Positions 50,752 through 59,745 of a stretch of DNA of 64,000 bases are shown here, piece after piece. Below the pieces are notes generated by a model, which searched no databases, had not been told where the DNA came from, and saw only the letters and a program-made list of their open reading frames with translations. Positions within the stretch are counted from its first letter, which is position 1. Each line of letters begins with the position of its first letter. Source of the stretch: an uncultured Clostridia bacterium (GTDB lineage: Bacteria > Bacillota > Clostridia > Christensenellales > Aristaeellaceae); the NCBI GenBank assembly GCA_934636105.1, contig CAKTZR010000013.1, positions 6,019 through 70,018 of the forward strand, given 5' to 3'. The position numbers and the translations under genes are program-made.

Positions 50752-52059
50752 TCAGGAGAGCTGATAATCGCCGTCGGCCAGGGTGACCACGTTCGTCTGA
50801 TAAAACGCGGTTAGCGCGCGGATCATATGCTCTACGTCGGCGCAGCCCGCCGTTTCATAGCTGGAGTGCATGGCCAGCTGGGCCAGGCCGATATCCACGG
50901 TATTCATGGAAACATGCGCGTTGGAGAGGTTGCCCAGCGTCGAGCCGCCGAGGATATCCGAGCGGTTGGCGAAGTGCTGCACCGGCACGCCCGCCTTGGC
51001 GCAGATTTCCGCGAAAATCGAGTCGGAAACCGCGTCGGTGGTGTATTTTTGGTTCGCGTTGTGCTTGATGACCACGCCGCCGTTCATGAACGTGCGGTTC
51101 AGCTCGTCGTATTTCTCCGGATGGTTCGGATGGACGGCGTGCGCGTTATCCGCCGAAACCATGAAGCTGGAAGACAGCGCCGCGCGAATCTGCGCATCCG
51201 ACAGGCCGAGGGAAGAAAGCGCGCGGCTGAGCACGTCGGAAAGCAGCGTGGAATCCGCGCCCTGCTTGGAAAGACTGCCGACTTCTTCGTTATCGAAGAT
51301 CGCGCAGACGTTCACATGGCTATCCGCCGGCGCGGCGATGAACGCGGCGAGGGAGGTGTACGCGCATTCCAGATCGTCGATGCGCGGGCAGGAGAAGAAC
51401 TCCTCGTGCGCGCCCCAGACGCTGGCGGGCGTGCGGTTGTAGAGGAACAGGTCGCAGGCCACGACGTCCGCTTCCGGCACGCCCGCTTTCGCGGCAACCT
51501 CGGCGGCCAATGCGCCATTCGCGTCCTTGTCGCCAAAGAGCGGGAGCATGTCCACCTGCGGGTTGTAGCTGTAACCGTTGTTGATGTCGCGGTTGAAGTG
51601 AATCGGCATGTTCGGAATCAGCGCCGCGTCGCGGCCCAGATCGATCAGCTTTGTCACGAGCTTTCCGTTTTCCCGTACCAGCGCACGGCCCGCGATGGAG
51701 AGAGGCTTGTCAAACCACGTGGACATAATCATGCCGCCGTAGCGCTCCACGTCCAGCCGGATGTACGCGCCTGCCGCTTCGCCCTCGGCATGGGCCTTGA
51801 GCTTGAAGGTCGGGGAATCGCCGTGGCTGGCGACGATCTGGCAGTGGGTGAAGCCGTTTTCCGGCACGGTAAAGGCGACGACGGCCGAACGGTTGCGCGT
51901 CACATAATAGCGCCCGCCGGGGACAACGGCCCACGTCGCATGTTCATTCAGACGGGTGAAGCCTGCCGCATCCAGCATGCCGCAGGCCTGCTGCACCGCC
52001 TGAAACACCGTCGGGGCATTCGCAACATAATCAAGAAAAGAAGCGACCTCCGGTTTCAT
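50752..52059 (-). CDS. M18-family aminopeptidase (aspartyl-aminopeptidase-like)
   Basis: 435 aa from the ATG at 52059; the GAGGAG SD lies in the last two codons of the upstream carrier-protein gene. ...ASHGDSPTFKLK..., ...FDNEEVGS... and ...MHSSYE... are M18 hallmarks. Confidence 0.85.
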   Translation of the reverse strand: MKPEVASFLDYVANAPTVFQAVQQACGMLDAAGFTRLNEHATWAVVPGGRYYVTRNRSAVVAFTVPENGFTHCQIVASHGDSPTFKLKAHAEGEAAGAYIRLDVERYGGMIMSTWFDKPLSIAGRALVRENGKLVTKLIDLGRDAALIPNMPIHFNRDINNGYSYNPQVDMLPLFGDKDANGALAAEVAAKAGVPEADVVACDLFLYNRTPASVWGAHEEFFSCPRIDDLECAYTSLAAFIAAPADSHVNVCAIFDNEEVGSLSKQGADSTLLSDVLSRALSSLGLSDAQIRAALSSSFMVSADNAHAVHPNHPEKYDELNRTFMNGGVVIKHNANQKYTTDAVSDSIFAEICAKAGVPVQHFANRSDILGGSTLGNLSNAHVSMNTVDIGLAQLAMHSSYETAGCADVEHMIRALTAFYQTNVVTLADGDYQLS

Positions 52060-52064
52060 GGCAA

Positions 52065-52295
52065 TCACTCCTCGGACAGGCGCGCGACCATTGCGGCCAT
52101 CGCATCCACGCTGTTGAAGTTCTCCGGGATGATTTCGGTCGCGGGGATGGAGATATCGAACTCGTCGTTCAGCGCGCCGATGAGCTGGATGATATCCAGC
52201 GAGGAGAGAATGCCGTCGTCAATCAGGGTTTCGCAGGTGTCAAAGTCAACGTCCTCGCCGATGTCTTCGAGGATTTCCAGAATGGTGTCACGCAT
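52065..52295 (-). CDS. Acyl/aminoacyl carrier protein (DltC-like, phosphopantetheine-binding)
   Basis: 76 aa and acidic. The Ser attachment context is DDGILSSLDIIQLIGALNDEF. AAAGGAGC RBS. It sits in an operon with an adenylase, an MBOAT and DltD-like genes. Confidence 0.8.
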   Translation of the reverse strand: MRDTILEILEDIGEDVDFDTCETLIDDGILSSLDIIQLIGALNDEFDISIPATEIIPENFNSVDAMAAMVARLSEE

Positions 52296-52405
52296 AGTTG
52301 TTTGCTCCTTTATGATTTTTTGAATTATGTTTCAGCGCAGAATGCGGACGCGCAATGCGCGCCCCTACATGCGCTTGTTTGCAGTGGTTATAAAAAAACT
52401 TATAT

Positions 52406-52460
52406 GTGGGAAATCCAAGAACCTCAGGTTCTTGGTGGGGTTTGGGGCAAAGCCCCAAAA
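52406..52460 (+). repeat. Modular hairpin repeat, core copy (intercistronic in the dlt-like operon)
   Basis: GTGGGAAAT-CCAAGAACC/TCA/GGTTCTTGG-TGGGG-TTTGGGGC/AAA/GCCCCAAA. It abuts the decarboxylase stop codon (52465). It differs at one position from the copy at 55201-55257. Confidence 0.85.
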
Positions 52461-52464
52461 AACG

Positions 52465-53622
52465 TCATTCGTGGTTCAGTTCCCAGCTGTGCACGGTGCC
52501 GCGCGCCAGACGGTCGCCGTCCTCGCCGTGCAGAACGATGCGCGGCATGTCGCGGCTGAGGAAAAGCGCGGGGCCTTCCGTCACCGAATACGCGCCGATG
52601 TTCATAAACGCCAAAACATCACCCTGCTGAAGCGGATGCAGCTCGGCTTTGCGCACCAGCACATCCGCCGTCGTGCAGAGACTGCCGCATAGCGCCCACG
52701 GCTGCAGGTCACCCTCGCGCACCGGGCTTTGCTGGATGATCGGCACACGCATGCCCATGTTGCCGCCCAGATAATTGACGTGGTGAATGCCGCCGTCTAC
52801 AATCGCGTAGGACGTGCCGCAGTTCACCTTCGTATCGATCACGCGGGTAAGATATGCGCCGCATTCGGACGCGAAGAAGCGCCCCATTTCAATCGTTAGC
52901 TCGCAGTGCTCGGCCAGCGCGGCCAAATCCGGCGCAAGTTCGCGAATCGGGGCGAGCGTGTCGCTGTGATCCTCGTGATTGAAATACGGGAAATACAGCC
53001 CCGGGCCGTATTCCACGCGCACGGTTTCCATGCCGTAGTCTGCTTTCAGGCGTTCGACCAGCTCAGTCAGCATGGCCAGTTCTTTGCGCTGGCCGTCGAG
53101 CTTCTTGCGCTGCGTGCCGGAGAAATAATGCACGCCCTCGATGCGGATGTTTGGCGTTTCGGCGCGGCGGTCGAGCGCGGCGAAGAAGTCCCGCTCGTCC
53201 ATGCCGAACTGCGAACCCGCCGTCAGCCGCAGCAGCACGGGGTAAACCCGGCTGCGCGCGCGCGCCGCTTCATCGATCAGACGGATGTGCAGCGGCGATT
53301 CGCAGGTGAAACGGGTCACGCCCAGCTCCATGGCGCGCTCCACGTCGGCCAGGGTCTTGTTCACGCCGGAAAAGAGCACCATGTCCGCCGGAACGCCCAT
53401 TTTATGGCAGATTTCCAGTTCGCCGGGGCTGCATACCTCCAGCGTGCCGACCAGACCGCGCATCGCGGCAATCAGAAACGGATTCGCCTTGATGGAGTAG
53501 CACAGGCCGATGTTTTTCGGCACGATGCCGCGCACGGCGCGCATGCGGGTTTTCAGCTGCTCCTCGTCAAAGACGAAGCACGGCGTGCCGAAGCGCTCGG
53601 CGACGGAAAAGAGGTTATCCAT
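52465..53622 (-). CDS. Fold-type III PLP-dependent decarboxylase (Orn/DAP/Arg-decarboxylase family, divergent)
   Basis: 385 aa. PLP-lysine context LCYSIKANPF. EMGRFF (an EPGR-like motif). A C-terminal active-site Cys context ALCGSLCTTADV (compare GPxCESxD of LysA). 8-nt overlap with the upstream adenylase gene, with a GGAGG RBS. Confidence 0.75.
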   Translation of the reverse strand: MDNLFSVAERFGTPCFVFDEEQLKTRMRAVRGIVPKNIGLCYSIKANPFLIAAMRGLVGTLEVCSPGELEICHKMGVPADMVLFSGVNKTLADVERAMELGVTRFTCESPLHIRLIDEAARARSRVYPVLLRLTAGSQFGMDERDFFAALDRRAETPNIRIEGVHYFSGTQRKKLDGQRKELAMLTELVERLKADYGMETVRVEYGPGLYFPYFNHEDHSDTLAPIRELAPDLAALAEHCELTIEMGRFFASECGAYLTRVIDTKVNCGTSYAIVDGGIHHVNYLGGNMGMRVPIIQQSPVREGDLQPWALCGSLCTTADVLVRKAELHPLQQGDVLAFMNIGAYSVTEGPALFLSRDMPRIVLHGEDGDRLARGTVHSWELNHE

Positions 53623-55159
53623 GTCGCGCCTCCTTTTTGGCGGCCTTTGCGGCGGCGTATTGTTCCAGCAGCGCGGCGCGGTCGATCTTGCCGTTCTTGT
53701 TGAGCGGCATTGCGTCCACCTGCATGAAGATATTGGGAATCATGTAGCCCGGCAGCACCTCGCGCAGCGCGCCCGTGATGGCCGCCTTATCCGCTTCGCC
53801 GGTGTAGAAAGCCAGAATTTTGCCCTTATCCGCCAGATAGGCGCAGAGCGCGCGCTCCACGCCGGGCACGGCGGTCATCTGCACTTCGATTTCGCTCAGC
53901 TCGATGCGGTGGCCCATGTGCTTAATCTGAAAATCCTTGCGGGAGACATAAACCATTTCGCCGCGCTCGTTGACCTTCACGAGGTCGCCTGTGCGATAAA
54001 TCGGTTCGAGATAGGCGTGATTGAGCGGGTTCTGGGTGAAGCAGGCGGCGGTGCGCTCCGCGTCCTTGTAATAGCCCAATGCGACGGAGGTGCCGCTGAC
54101 GCACAGCTCGCCGATTTCGCCGTCTTTGACCGCTTCGCCGCCGTCCGGCGTGAGCAGCAGAATGCGCTCGTTTTTGAACGGCACGCCGATGGGCAGCGTT
54201 TCGTTTTCGGCAAATTCGCGGTCAACGACGTAATACGTGCAGTTGCAGGTGATTTCCGTCGGGCCGTAAAGGTTGACGTATTGCACATTCGGCAGATATT
54301 TTTGCAGCTTGTGCAGGTGCTTGATCGGCATGACCTCGCCGGAAAAGAGGATGGCGCGAAGCGTCGTCGGCGTTTTATAGGCCAAGGCGTTCATCGTCGT
54401 CAGGAAGCAGAGCGCGCTGACCGCCCAGACCATCAGCGTTGCGCCGCGGTCGCAGAGGAAATCCATCAGCTTCGTCGGGTTGGTGAAATATGCCGTCGGC
54501 ACGATTTCCACGCGCGCGCCGGTGAACAGACCGCTGTAAATATCCTTCACGGACACATCGAAGTCAAACGGCGCCTGATTGGCCAGCACGTCTTTTTCCG
54601 TGATAGCGAACGTCTCCGCAAAGCAGGGGATAAACTCGCATACGTTGCGGTGGCAGACGACCACGCCCTTCGGCGTGCCGGTCGAGCCGCTGGTGAAGTT
54701 GACATAGAGCGGGTCTGCGTCGATCATCTGCGCGCGGACGGCGGAAAGCGCGGCTTCGTCCGGCGTCGTTTCTTCCAGCTCCTCCAGAAGCAGAATGCGC
54801 GCGGGCGGGTCGATGTCTTCCAGCTGGGTCAGATGCGCCCTGTCGGTCACGACAATCGGCGTATCCAGCGTTTCCAGCATGGCGCGCACGCGCGGCGCGG
54901 GATGGCGCAAATTGAGCTGGGAATAGGCGCACCCGGCATAGACCGCGCCCATGAAGCCCACGACGGTTTCCACGCCCTTGTCCATGTAGAAGCCGACAAC
55001 GCTGCGCGGCGGCACGAGCGGAATCAGCGCGCTGGCGACCCTTTGTGCCCGGCTGACGAGTGCGGAGAAGGTGACGGCGGTATGCTCGTCGGCAAAGGCG
55101 TTTTTTTCCGGCAGACGCGCGGCGGTCTGCTCCAAGTAATCCAGAATCAGATTCTTCAT
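53615..55159 (-). CDS. Amino-acid adenylation enzyme / carrier-protein ligase (DltA-like, ANL superfamily)
   Basis: 514 aa. A-domain core motifs: YVNFTSGSTGTPKGV, FDFDVSVKDIY, NLYGPTEIT, GELCVSGTSVALGY, YRTGDL and PLNKNGKIDR. Confidence 0.85.
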   Translation of the reverse strand: MKNLILDYLEQTAARLPEKNAFADEHTAVTFSALVSRAQRVASALIPLVPPRSVVGFYMDKGVETVVGFMGAVYAGCAYSQLNLRHPAPRVRAMLETLDTPIVVTDRAHLTQLEDIDPPARILLLEELEETTPDEAALSAVRAQMIDADPLYVNFTSGSTGTPKGVVVCHRNVCEFIPCFAETFAITEKDVLANQAPFDFDVSVKDIYSGLFTGARVEIVPTAYFTNPTKLMDFLCDRGATLMVWAVSALCFLTTMNALAYKTPTTLRAILFSGEVMPIKHLHKLQKYLPNVQYVNLYGPTEITCNCTYYVVDREFAENETLPIGVPFKNERILLLTPDGGEAVKDGEIGELCVSGTSVALGYYKDAERTAACFTQNPLNHAYLEPIYRTGDLVKVNERGEMVYVSRKDFQIKHMGHRIELSEIEVQMTAVPGVERALCAYLADKGKILAFYTGEADKAAITGALREVLPGYMIPNIFMQVDAMPLNKNGKIDRAALLEQYAAAKAAKKEARHG

Positions 55160-55190
55160 CGTATGATATCCTCAAAAAGGTTGAAGCTGT

Positions 55191-55257
55191 GCGAAGTAAA
55201 GTGGGAAATCCAAGAACCTCAGGTTCTTGGTGGGGATTGGGGCAAAGCCCCAAAAAA
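55191..55257 (+). repeat. Modular hairpin repeat, core copy (intercistronic in the dlt-like operon)
   Basis: GCGAAGTAAA-GTGGGAAAT-CCAAGAACC/TCA/GGTTCTTGG-TGGGG-ATTGGGGC/AAA/GCCCCAAAAAA. Confidence 0.85.
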
Positions 55258-55315
55258 GCGGAACGCACAGAAAGCGCGTTCCGCTATGCGTTATTCTATT
55301 ATACCCGATTGCGCT

Positions 55316-56647
55316 TCAAGATTCAACCCTTGGCGAGCGCTTCGAAAAGTCATACCAGACGGAATCGGCGTTTTCCTGCCCCTGCGGGACGGCGTAAACG
55401 CGCAGGGTTTCGCCCGTCGGCACATCGGCGGCGAAGAAAACGGCGTTTTCGCTGTAATCCCGCAGAAGGGTTTCGCTCCCGTCTGCTGCGACGGAGACGA
55501 AGCGGTACAGCGGTGTGACGAGCGTGCCCCGGTTGCAGTCCGCGACGAACTGGCCGTCTTGCAGCGTCAGCCAGACGTTGGTGATGCGGTCGATGGAAGC
55601 GAGGTATTCCGCGCTGTCCGCATAGAACCAGCCACTCACATCTTCGCCGCGCACGTAGGCGTTAAAGAAGGCCGCAAACGCCGCGCTGAACAGATCCGCG
55701 CCGTCGCCGTTCATGTGGTAAAGGTCGTAATAATACCCGTCGAGGTTAGGCAGCCATTCCGTTTTGGCATATTGAAAATTGTAGCACGGAATCTCGTTTT
55801 CGCGGCAGTAGGCCATCAGGCTTTCGCCGTAGGGCAGGAAGCCCGGCTCGGCCAGCGCGTGCGCCGTCAGGTTCGGAGAGAGGATGACCAGCAGCTTGCT
55901 TCCCTTTTCCGCGCAGAGCGCCTTGTAGCGCGCCAAAAGCGCCTTGGACGGGGCGTACAGCTCGTAGATATAGCCCGGATATTCCTCGCGCAGCACGGTT
56001 TCGCGGATCAGGCTTTCGGCGCTCTCCTCGCTGGTGTGGCGCAGGAAGCCGCCGCCCGCGTAGGCGACCGTCGCATCCATCGTGGGCTTGAGCCGTTCAT
56101 ATTCCTTTTGAGGATTCAGACGAAGTCCGATGGTTTTGGCCACGTCCGCAAGAGATTCGGCGCCGAACTCGCGGAACATCAGCAGGCGGTCGAGGTATTG
56201 GCCGTCCTCCCGGCTTGTATCCAGATAATAGGTCAGCTTATTCTCTGCGTCGCTGAGGAAGGGCATGAGCTTGTAAAGCGCGTTGGGGTCTTCCTTGGCT
56301 GTGTCAAAATTATACGGCTCGACGACCAGCACGGTGTATTCCGGGTCGTTTTTGCGATACAGTTCGCGCGTCAGCGCCAATTCGCCCTGAAGCGACAGCC
56401 CCGGCACGGCGGCGGAAAACGCCTGCATGCCCGTCTGTTCGCTGATGAGCGCCGCGTTGAAGTGGTCGCGCACGATGGAAGAACCGACGACCGCCAGCTC
56501 GATGTCCTCGCGGGTTTTCAGCTCGTCCATCGTCAGGGCGACGAACGTATCCGTCTGAATCAGAAAGGTGTTGGCCAGCAGCACGACGGGCACAAACGCC
56601 AGAAAGAACGCAAAGAATCGAACAAAGGGACGAATGTTTTTGTTCAC
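55316..56647 (-). CDS. DltD-like membrane-anchored SGNH-type acyl/aminoacyl transferase, paralog 2
   Basis: 443 aa from the GTG at 56647 (GGGAGG plus 9 nt); the track start at 56857 overlaps the upstream gene and is rejected. N-terminal TM anchor. VVGSSIVRDHFN (Ser block) and YYDLYHMNGDG (DxxH block), as in DltD. Confidence 0.7.
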   Translation of the reverse strand: MNKNIRPFVRFFAFFLAFVPVVLLANTFLIQTDTFVALTMDELKTREDIELAVVGSSIVRDHFNAALISEQTGMQAFSAAVPGLSLQGELALTRELYRKNDPEYTVLVVEPYNFDTAKEDPNALYKLMPFLSDAENKLTYYLDTSREDGQYLDRLLMFREFGAESLADVAKTIGLRLNPQKEYERLKPTMDATVAYAGGGFLRHTSEESAESLIRETVLREEYPGYIYELYAPSKALLARYKALCAEKGSKLLVILSPNLTAHALAEPGFLPYGESLMAYCRENEIPCYNFQYAKTEWLPNLDGYYYDLYHMNGDGADLFSAAFAAFFNAYVRGEDVSGWFYADSAEYLASIDRITNVWLTLQDGQFVADCNRGTLVTPLYRFVSVAADGSETLLRDYSENAVFFAADVPTGETLRVYAVPQGQENADSVWYDFSKRSPRVES

Positions 56648-56669
56648 GAAGGGAAGCCTCCCGAAAAAA

Positions 56670-58094
56670 TCAAACTTGCAGGCAGGGTTCTTCATCCTCG
56701 CCGGGGTGGAAATCGAAGTAAAGCTCCGGGTCGTCCTCGCCGCCCTGCACGCGGGCATAGACGCGGATGCACGTCCCCGTCCATTCGCCCTTGGCGCAGG
56801 AGAGAATGCCCTCCGTCTGCCAATCGGTGAGCGGGGTTTCCTCGCCCGTGGCCTCATCGCGCAGGAAGAAGCGGTATTCCGGCGTGACGCTTGTGCCGTG
56901 GTTGCAGTTGGCCAGATACACGTCCCGCGTGCCGTTTTCGCTTGCGGCGATCACGGTCTGCTCGTCCTGTTCCCAGGCCATGTTCCAGTCTGCATCCGGG
57001 TCGTAGGTCTGAATCCAGCAATTTGGAATGACGGTGACGGAAGCGAGGTATTCCCATTTGCTGCCGTAAAACCAATCGCTCGTATCCTCGCCCGCCGTAT
57101 AGGCGTTGAAGAATTTGGAGAAGCAGTGGCTGAAAATATCCGATCCGCTGCCGACCATGTGATACAGGTCGAAATAATAATCGTCCGTCTTGCGGGGGTA
57201 CAGTTCCGGCTTGGCCAGCGAGAAATTGACGCATTCGATGCCGTTATCCCGGCAGAAGCGCATCAGCGCGTCGTTGTAATCCAGAAAGCCGGGAATGGCG
57301 AGGTTGTGAACCGTCAGATTCGGATAGATGAACACCATCAGCTTGGAGCCGTTTTGCTCGACCAGATCGCGGTATTCCAGCAGCATCTCTTTGGAGCGCG
57401 GGAACAGGTCGTAATAATAGTCCGTGGATTCGCGGATAATCTGCTGACGGATGGTCTTTTTGGCGCGGTCCTTTGTGTTGTAGCGCACAAAGCCGCGGCC
57501 TTCGTAGCTCATGCGCTTATCCAGCTTGGGCCTGAGCTTTTCGTAGGTTTCAAACGGCCAGAAGTGCAGGCCGACGGTCTTCATGAAATCCGAAAACGAA
57601 TCCACGCCGAAATCGCGGAACATGCACAGCCTGTCCAGATACCAGCCGTCCTCCCGGCAGAGGTTCAAATAATATTTGATTCGCTCGACGGGGGAGGAGA
57701 GATACGGCATCAGTTCGTACTGCGCCTCGATGCCCTCTTTCACCGTGTCGAATGTGAACGGCTCGACGACGAGCACCGTCCATTCCGGGTGATTGGTGCG
57801 GTAAAATTCTTTCGTCATGGCCAGATCGGCTTGCAGCGCCGCGCAGGGAATGCCCAGCGAAAAGCTCTCCAGCCCGGTTTCCTCGGTAATCATCTCGGCG
57901 TTGAAGTGGTCGCGCACGATGGAGGAGCCGACGAACACCATCTCGACGTCGTCGCGCTGCTTCATCTCCGCCAGCGTCAGCCGGGCGTAGGTATCCGTCT
58001 TGATCAGAAACGTGTCGGCAAACAGCAGAACCAGCACAAAGCCGAGGGCAAAGGCGGCGAGCCGAAGCAGGCCGCGAAGTGTTTTGTTTTTCAA
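56670..58094 (-). CDS. DltD-like membrane-anchored SGNH-type acyl/aminoacyl transferase, paralog 1
   Basis: 474 aa. TTG start after GGAGGGAG. N-terminal TM anchor. FVGSSIVRDHFN and YFDLYHMVGSG blocks. It is colinear with the downstream paralog over its whole length. Confidence 0.7.
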   Translation of the reverse strand: MKNKTLRGLLRLAAFALGFVLVLLFADTFLIKTDTYARLTLAEMKQRDDVEMVFVGSSIVRDHFNAEMITEETGLESFSLGIPCAALQADLAMTKEFYRTNHPEWTVLVVEPFTFDTVKEGIEAQYELMPYLSSPVERIKYYLNLCREDGWYLDRLCMFRDFGVDSFSDFMKTVGLHFWPFETYEKLRPKLDKRMSYEGRGFVRYNTKDRAKKTIRQQIIRESTDYYYDLFPRSKEMLLEYRDLVEQNGSKLMVFIYPNLTVHNLAIPGFLDYNDALMRFCRDNGIECVNFSLAKPELYPRKTDDYYFDLYHMVGSGSDIFSHCFSKFFNAYTAGEDTSDWFYGSKWEYLASVTVIPNCWIQTYDPDADWNMAWEQDEQTVIAASENGTRDVYLANCNHGTSVTPEYRFFLRDEATGEETPLTDWQTEGILSCAKGEWTGTCIRVYARVQGGEDDPELYFDFHPGEDEEPCLQV

Positions 58095-58108
58095 GCTGCT
58101 CCCTCCGA

Positions 58109-59683
58109 TCAGAACACCGCGTACATGAAGCCGGATTCGGCCACGTTGGAACCGCCGAACGTCGCCAGCACAAAGAGCATGAACGCGTAGAGAATCAGCC
58201 AGCGCAGCGCCAGCGGACGGGAGAGCACGAAATCGCGGATTTTCACGCCGCGCTCCTGCATCAGGGAGACGACAAAGAGGAGGATTGTCGCGATCAGCAG
58301 AATGCGGTAATCCTTGGCGGCCAGGCCGAGGGCGCTCAGCGTGCCGTCAAACAGCTGGGAAGCGTTGAAGGAGAACAGCGTCTTGCGCAGCATGTCAAAC
58401 GCGTCGGCGGCGCGCACGCAGCGATCAAAGTACCAGCCGATGTTGACGACGAGGAACGTGCGCAGGATGCGGAAGACGTGGAAGCCCTTCGACGCGGTGA
58501 GCCGCGGCAGGCGCTCGTTCATCTTTTTATAGACCGGCTCGACCAGCGCGGTGAACGCGAGAATCACGCCGTTATACAGGCCCCAGAGCACGTAGTTCAT
58601 CTGCGCGCCGTGCCAGATGCCCACCAGAAAGAACACGAGGATGTTGCCCAGCGCGGCGGGCAGGGCGCGGGCGATGTGCGTGCCGGCCTTCTTTTTGAGC
58701 GCCTTGCTCATGCGGGAGACGGGCTTGGTCAGCGCAAAGGGATAGAACACATAGTCGCGCATCCAGCCGCCCAGGCTGATGTGCCAGCGCCGCCAGAAGT
58801 CGCCGAGGGAGACGGAGAAATACGGCCGCTTGAAGTTCGGCGCAAGCTGAATGCCGAAAAGCTGGGCAATGCCCGTCACCAGATCGATGCCGCCGGAGAA
58901 ATCCGTGTATTGCTGGAGGGAATAAAACAGCACGCCGACGACGATGACCGCGCCGCCGTAGGCGCTCTGATTGCCGAAAACCGCTTCCACCAGCGGCAGC
59001 GCGCGGTCGGCGATGACCTTCTTTTTGAACCAGCCCCAGAGAATCAGCAGCAGGCCGCGCTCGATGTTGTCCAGATCGAAGCGGTGCGGCGCAATCAGCT
59101 GGTTTTCCAGCTGGTCAAAGCGGGCGATCGGGCCTTGAATGAGCTGGGGGAAGAAGGAGACGAACAGCGCGAACTTCGCCGGGTTCTTTTCCGGGGCATA
59201 TTTGCCGTTGTATACGTCGATCAGATAGCCCATGGATTGGAAGGTGTAGAAGCTGATGCCCAGCGGCAGAACCAGCCCCAGCGCCGGAGCGTCTTTGCCC
59301 AGCAGCGACGCGCCCCACGCCATCACGGGGTTCAGGTATTTGAGCACGGCCAGCACGCCGAAGTTGAGCAGCAGCACCGCGAAAAACCAGATCCTCTGCG
59401 CGGAACGGGTCTTCGCCTTGCGCGCTTTTTTCTGCTCGGCGGTCAGTTCCGCCTTGTGCTCGCGCAGGTAGGTCTTGCCGCCCTCGCCGATTTGGCCGAT
59501 TTTCAGCGCGCCCGCCCACGTCGTCAGCGTCGTAATCAAAATGAAGGGCAGGGCGGACAGCCCGCAGGTCATATAGAAGCCGTAACTCAGCAGGAGCAGC
59601 AGCACCCATCGGAAGCGCAGCGGACAGACGTAATACAGCGCCGCGCCGACAAAGGCGACGGCCAGCAGGACGGAAAGCGACAT
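58109..59683 (-). CDS. MBOAT-family membrane O-acyltransferase (DltB/AlgI-like)
   Basis: 524 aa and polytopic. Contains FWRRWHISLGGWMRDYVFYP and the conserved His context LVGIWHGAQMNYVLWGLYNG. Confidence 0.88.
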   Translation of the reverse strand: MSLSVLLAVAFVGAALYYVCPLRFRWVLLLLLSYGFYMTCGLSALPFILITTLTTWAGALKIGQIGEGGKTYLREHKAELTAEQKKARKAKTRSAQRIWFFAVLLLNFGVLAVLKYLNPVMAWGASLLGKDAPALGLVLPLGISFYTFQSMGYLIDVYNGKYAPEKNPAKFALFVSFFPQLIQGPIARFDQLENQLIAPHRFDLDNIERGLLLILWGWFKKKVIADRALPLVEAVFGNQSAYGGAVIVVGVLFYSLQQYTDFSGGIDLVTGIAQLFGIQLAPNFKRPYFSVSLGDFWRRWHISLGGWMRDYVFYPFALTKPVSRMSKALKKKAGTHIARALPAALGNILVFFLVGIWHGAQMNYVLWGLYNGVILAFTALVEPVYKKMNERLPRLTASKGFHVFRILRTFLVVNIGWYFDRCVRAADAFDMLRKTLFSFNASQLFDGTLSALGLAAKDYRILLIATILLFVVSLMQERGVKIRDFVLSRPLALRWLILYAFMLFVLATFGGSNVAESGFMYAVF

Positions 59684-59745
59684 CGTATCTTCCTCTTTTC
59701 AATCGTTTGTGATGAAAACGCTAAGGCAAATCAATCCAATTTATA

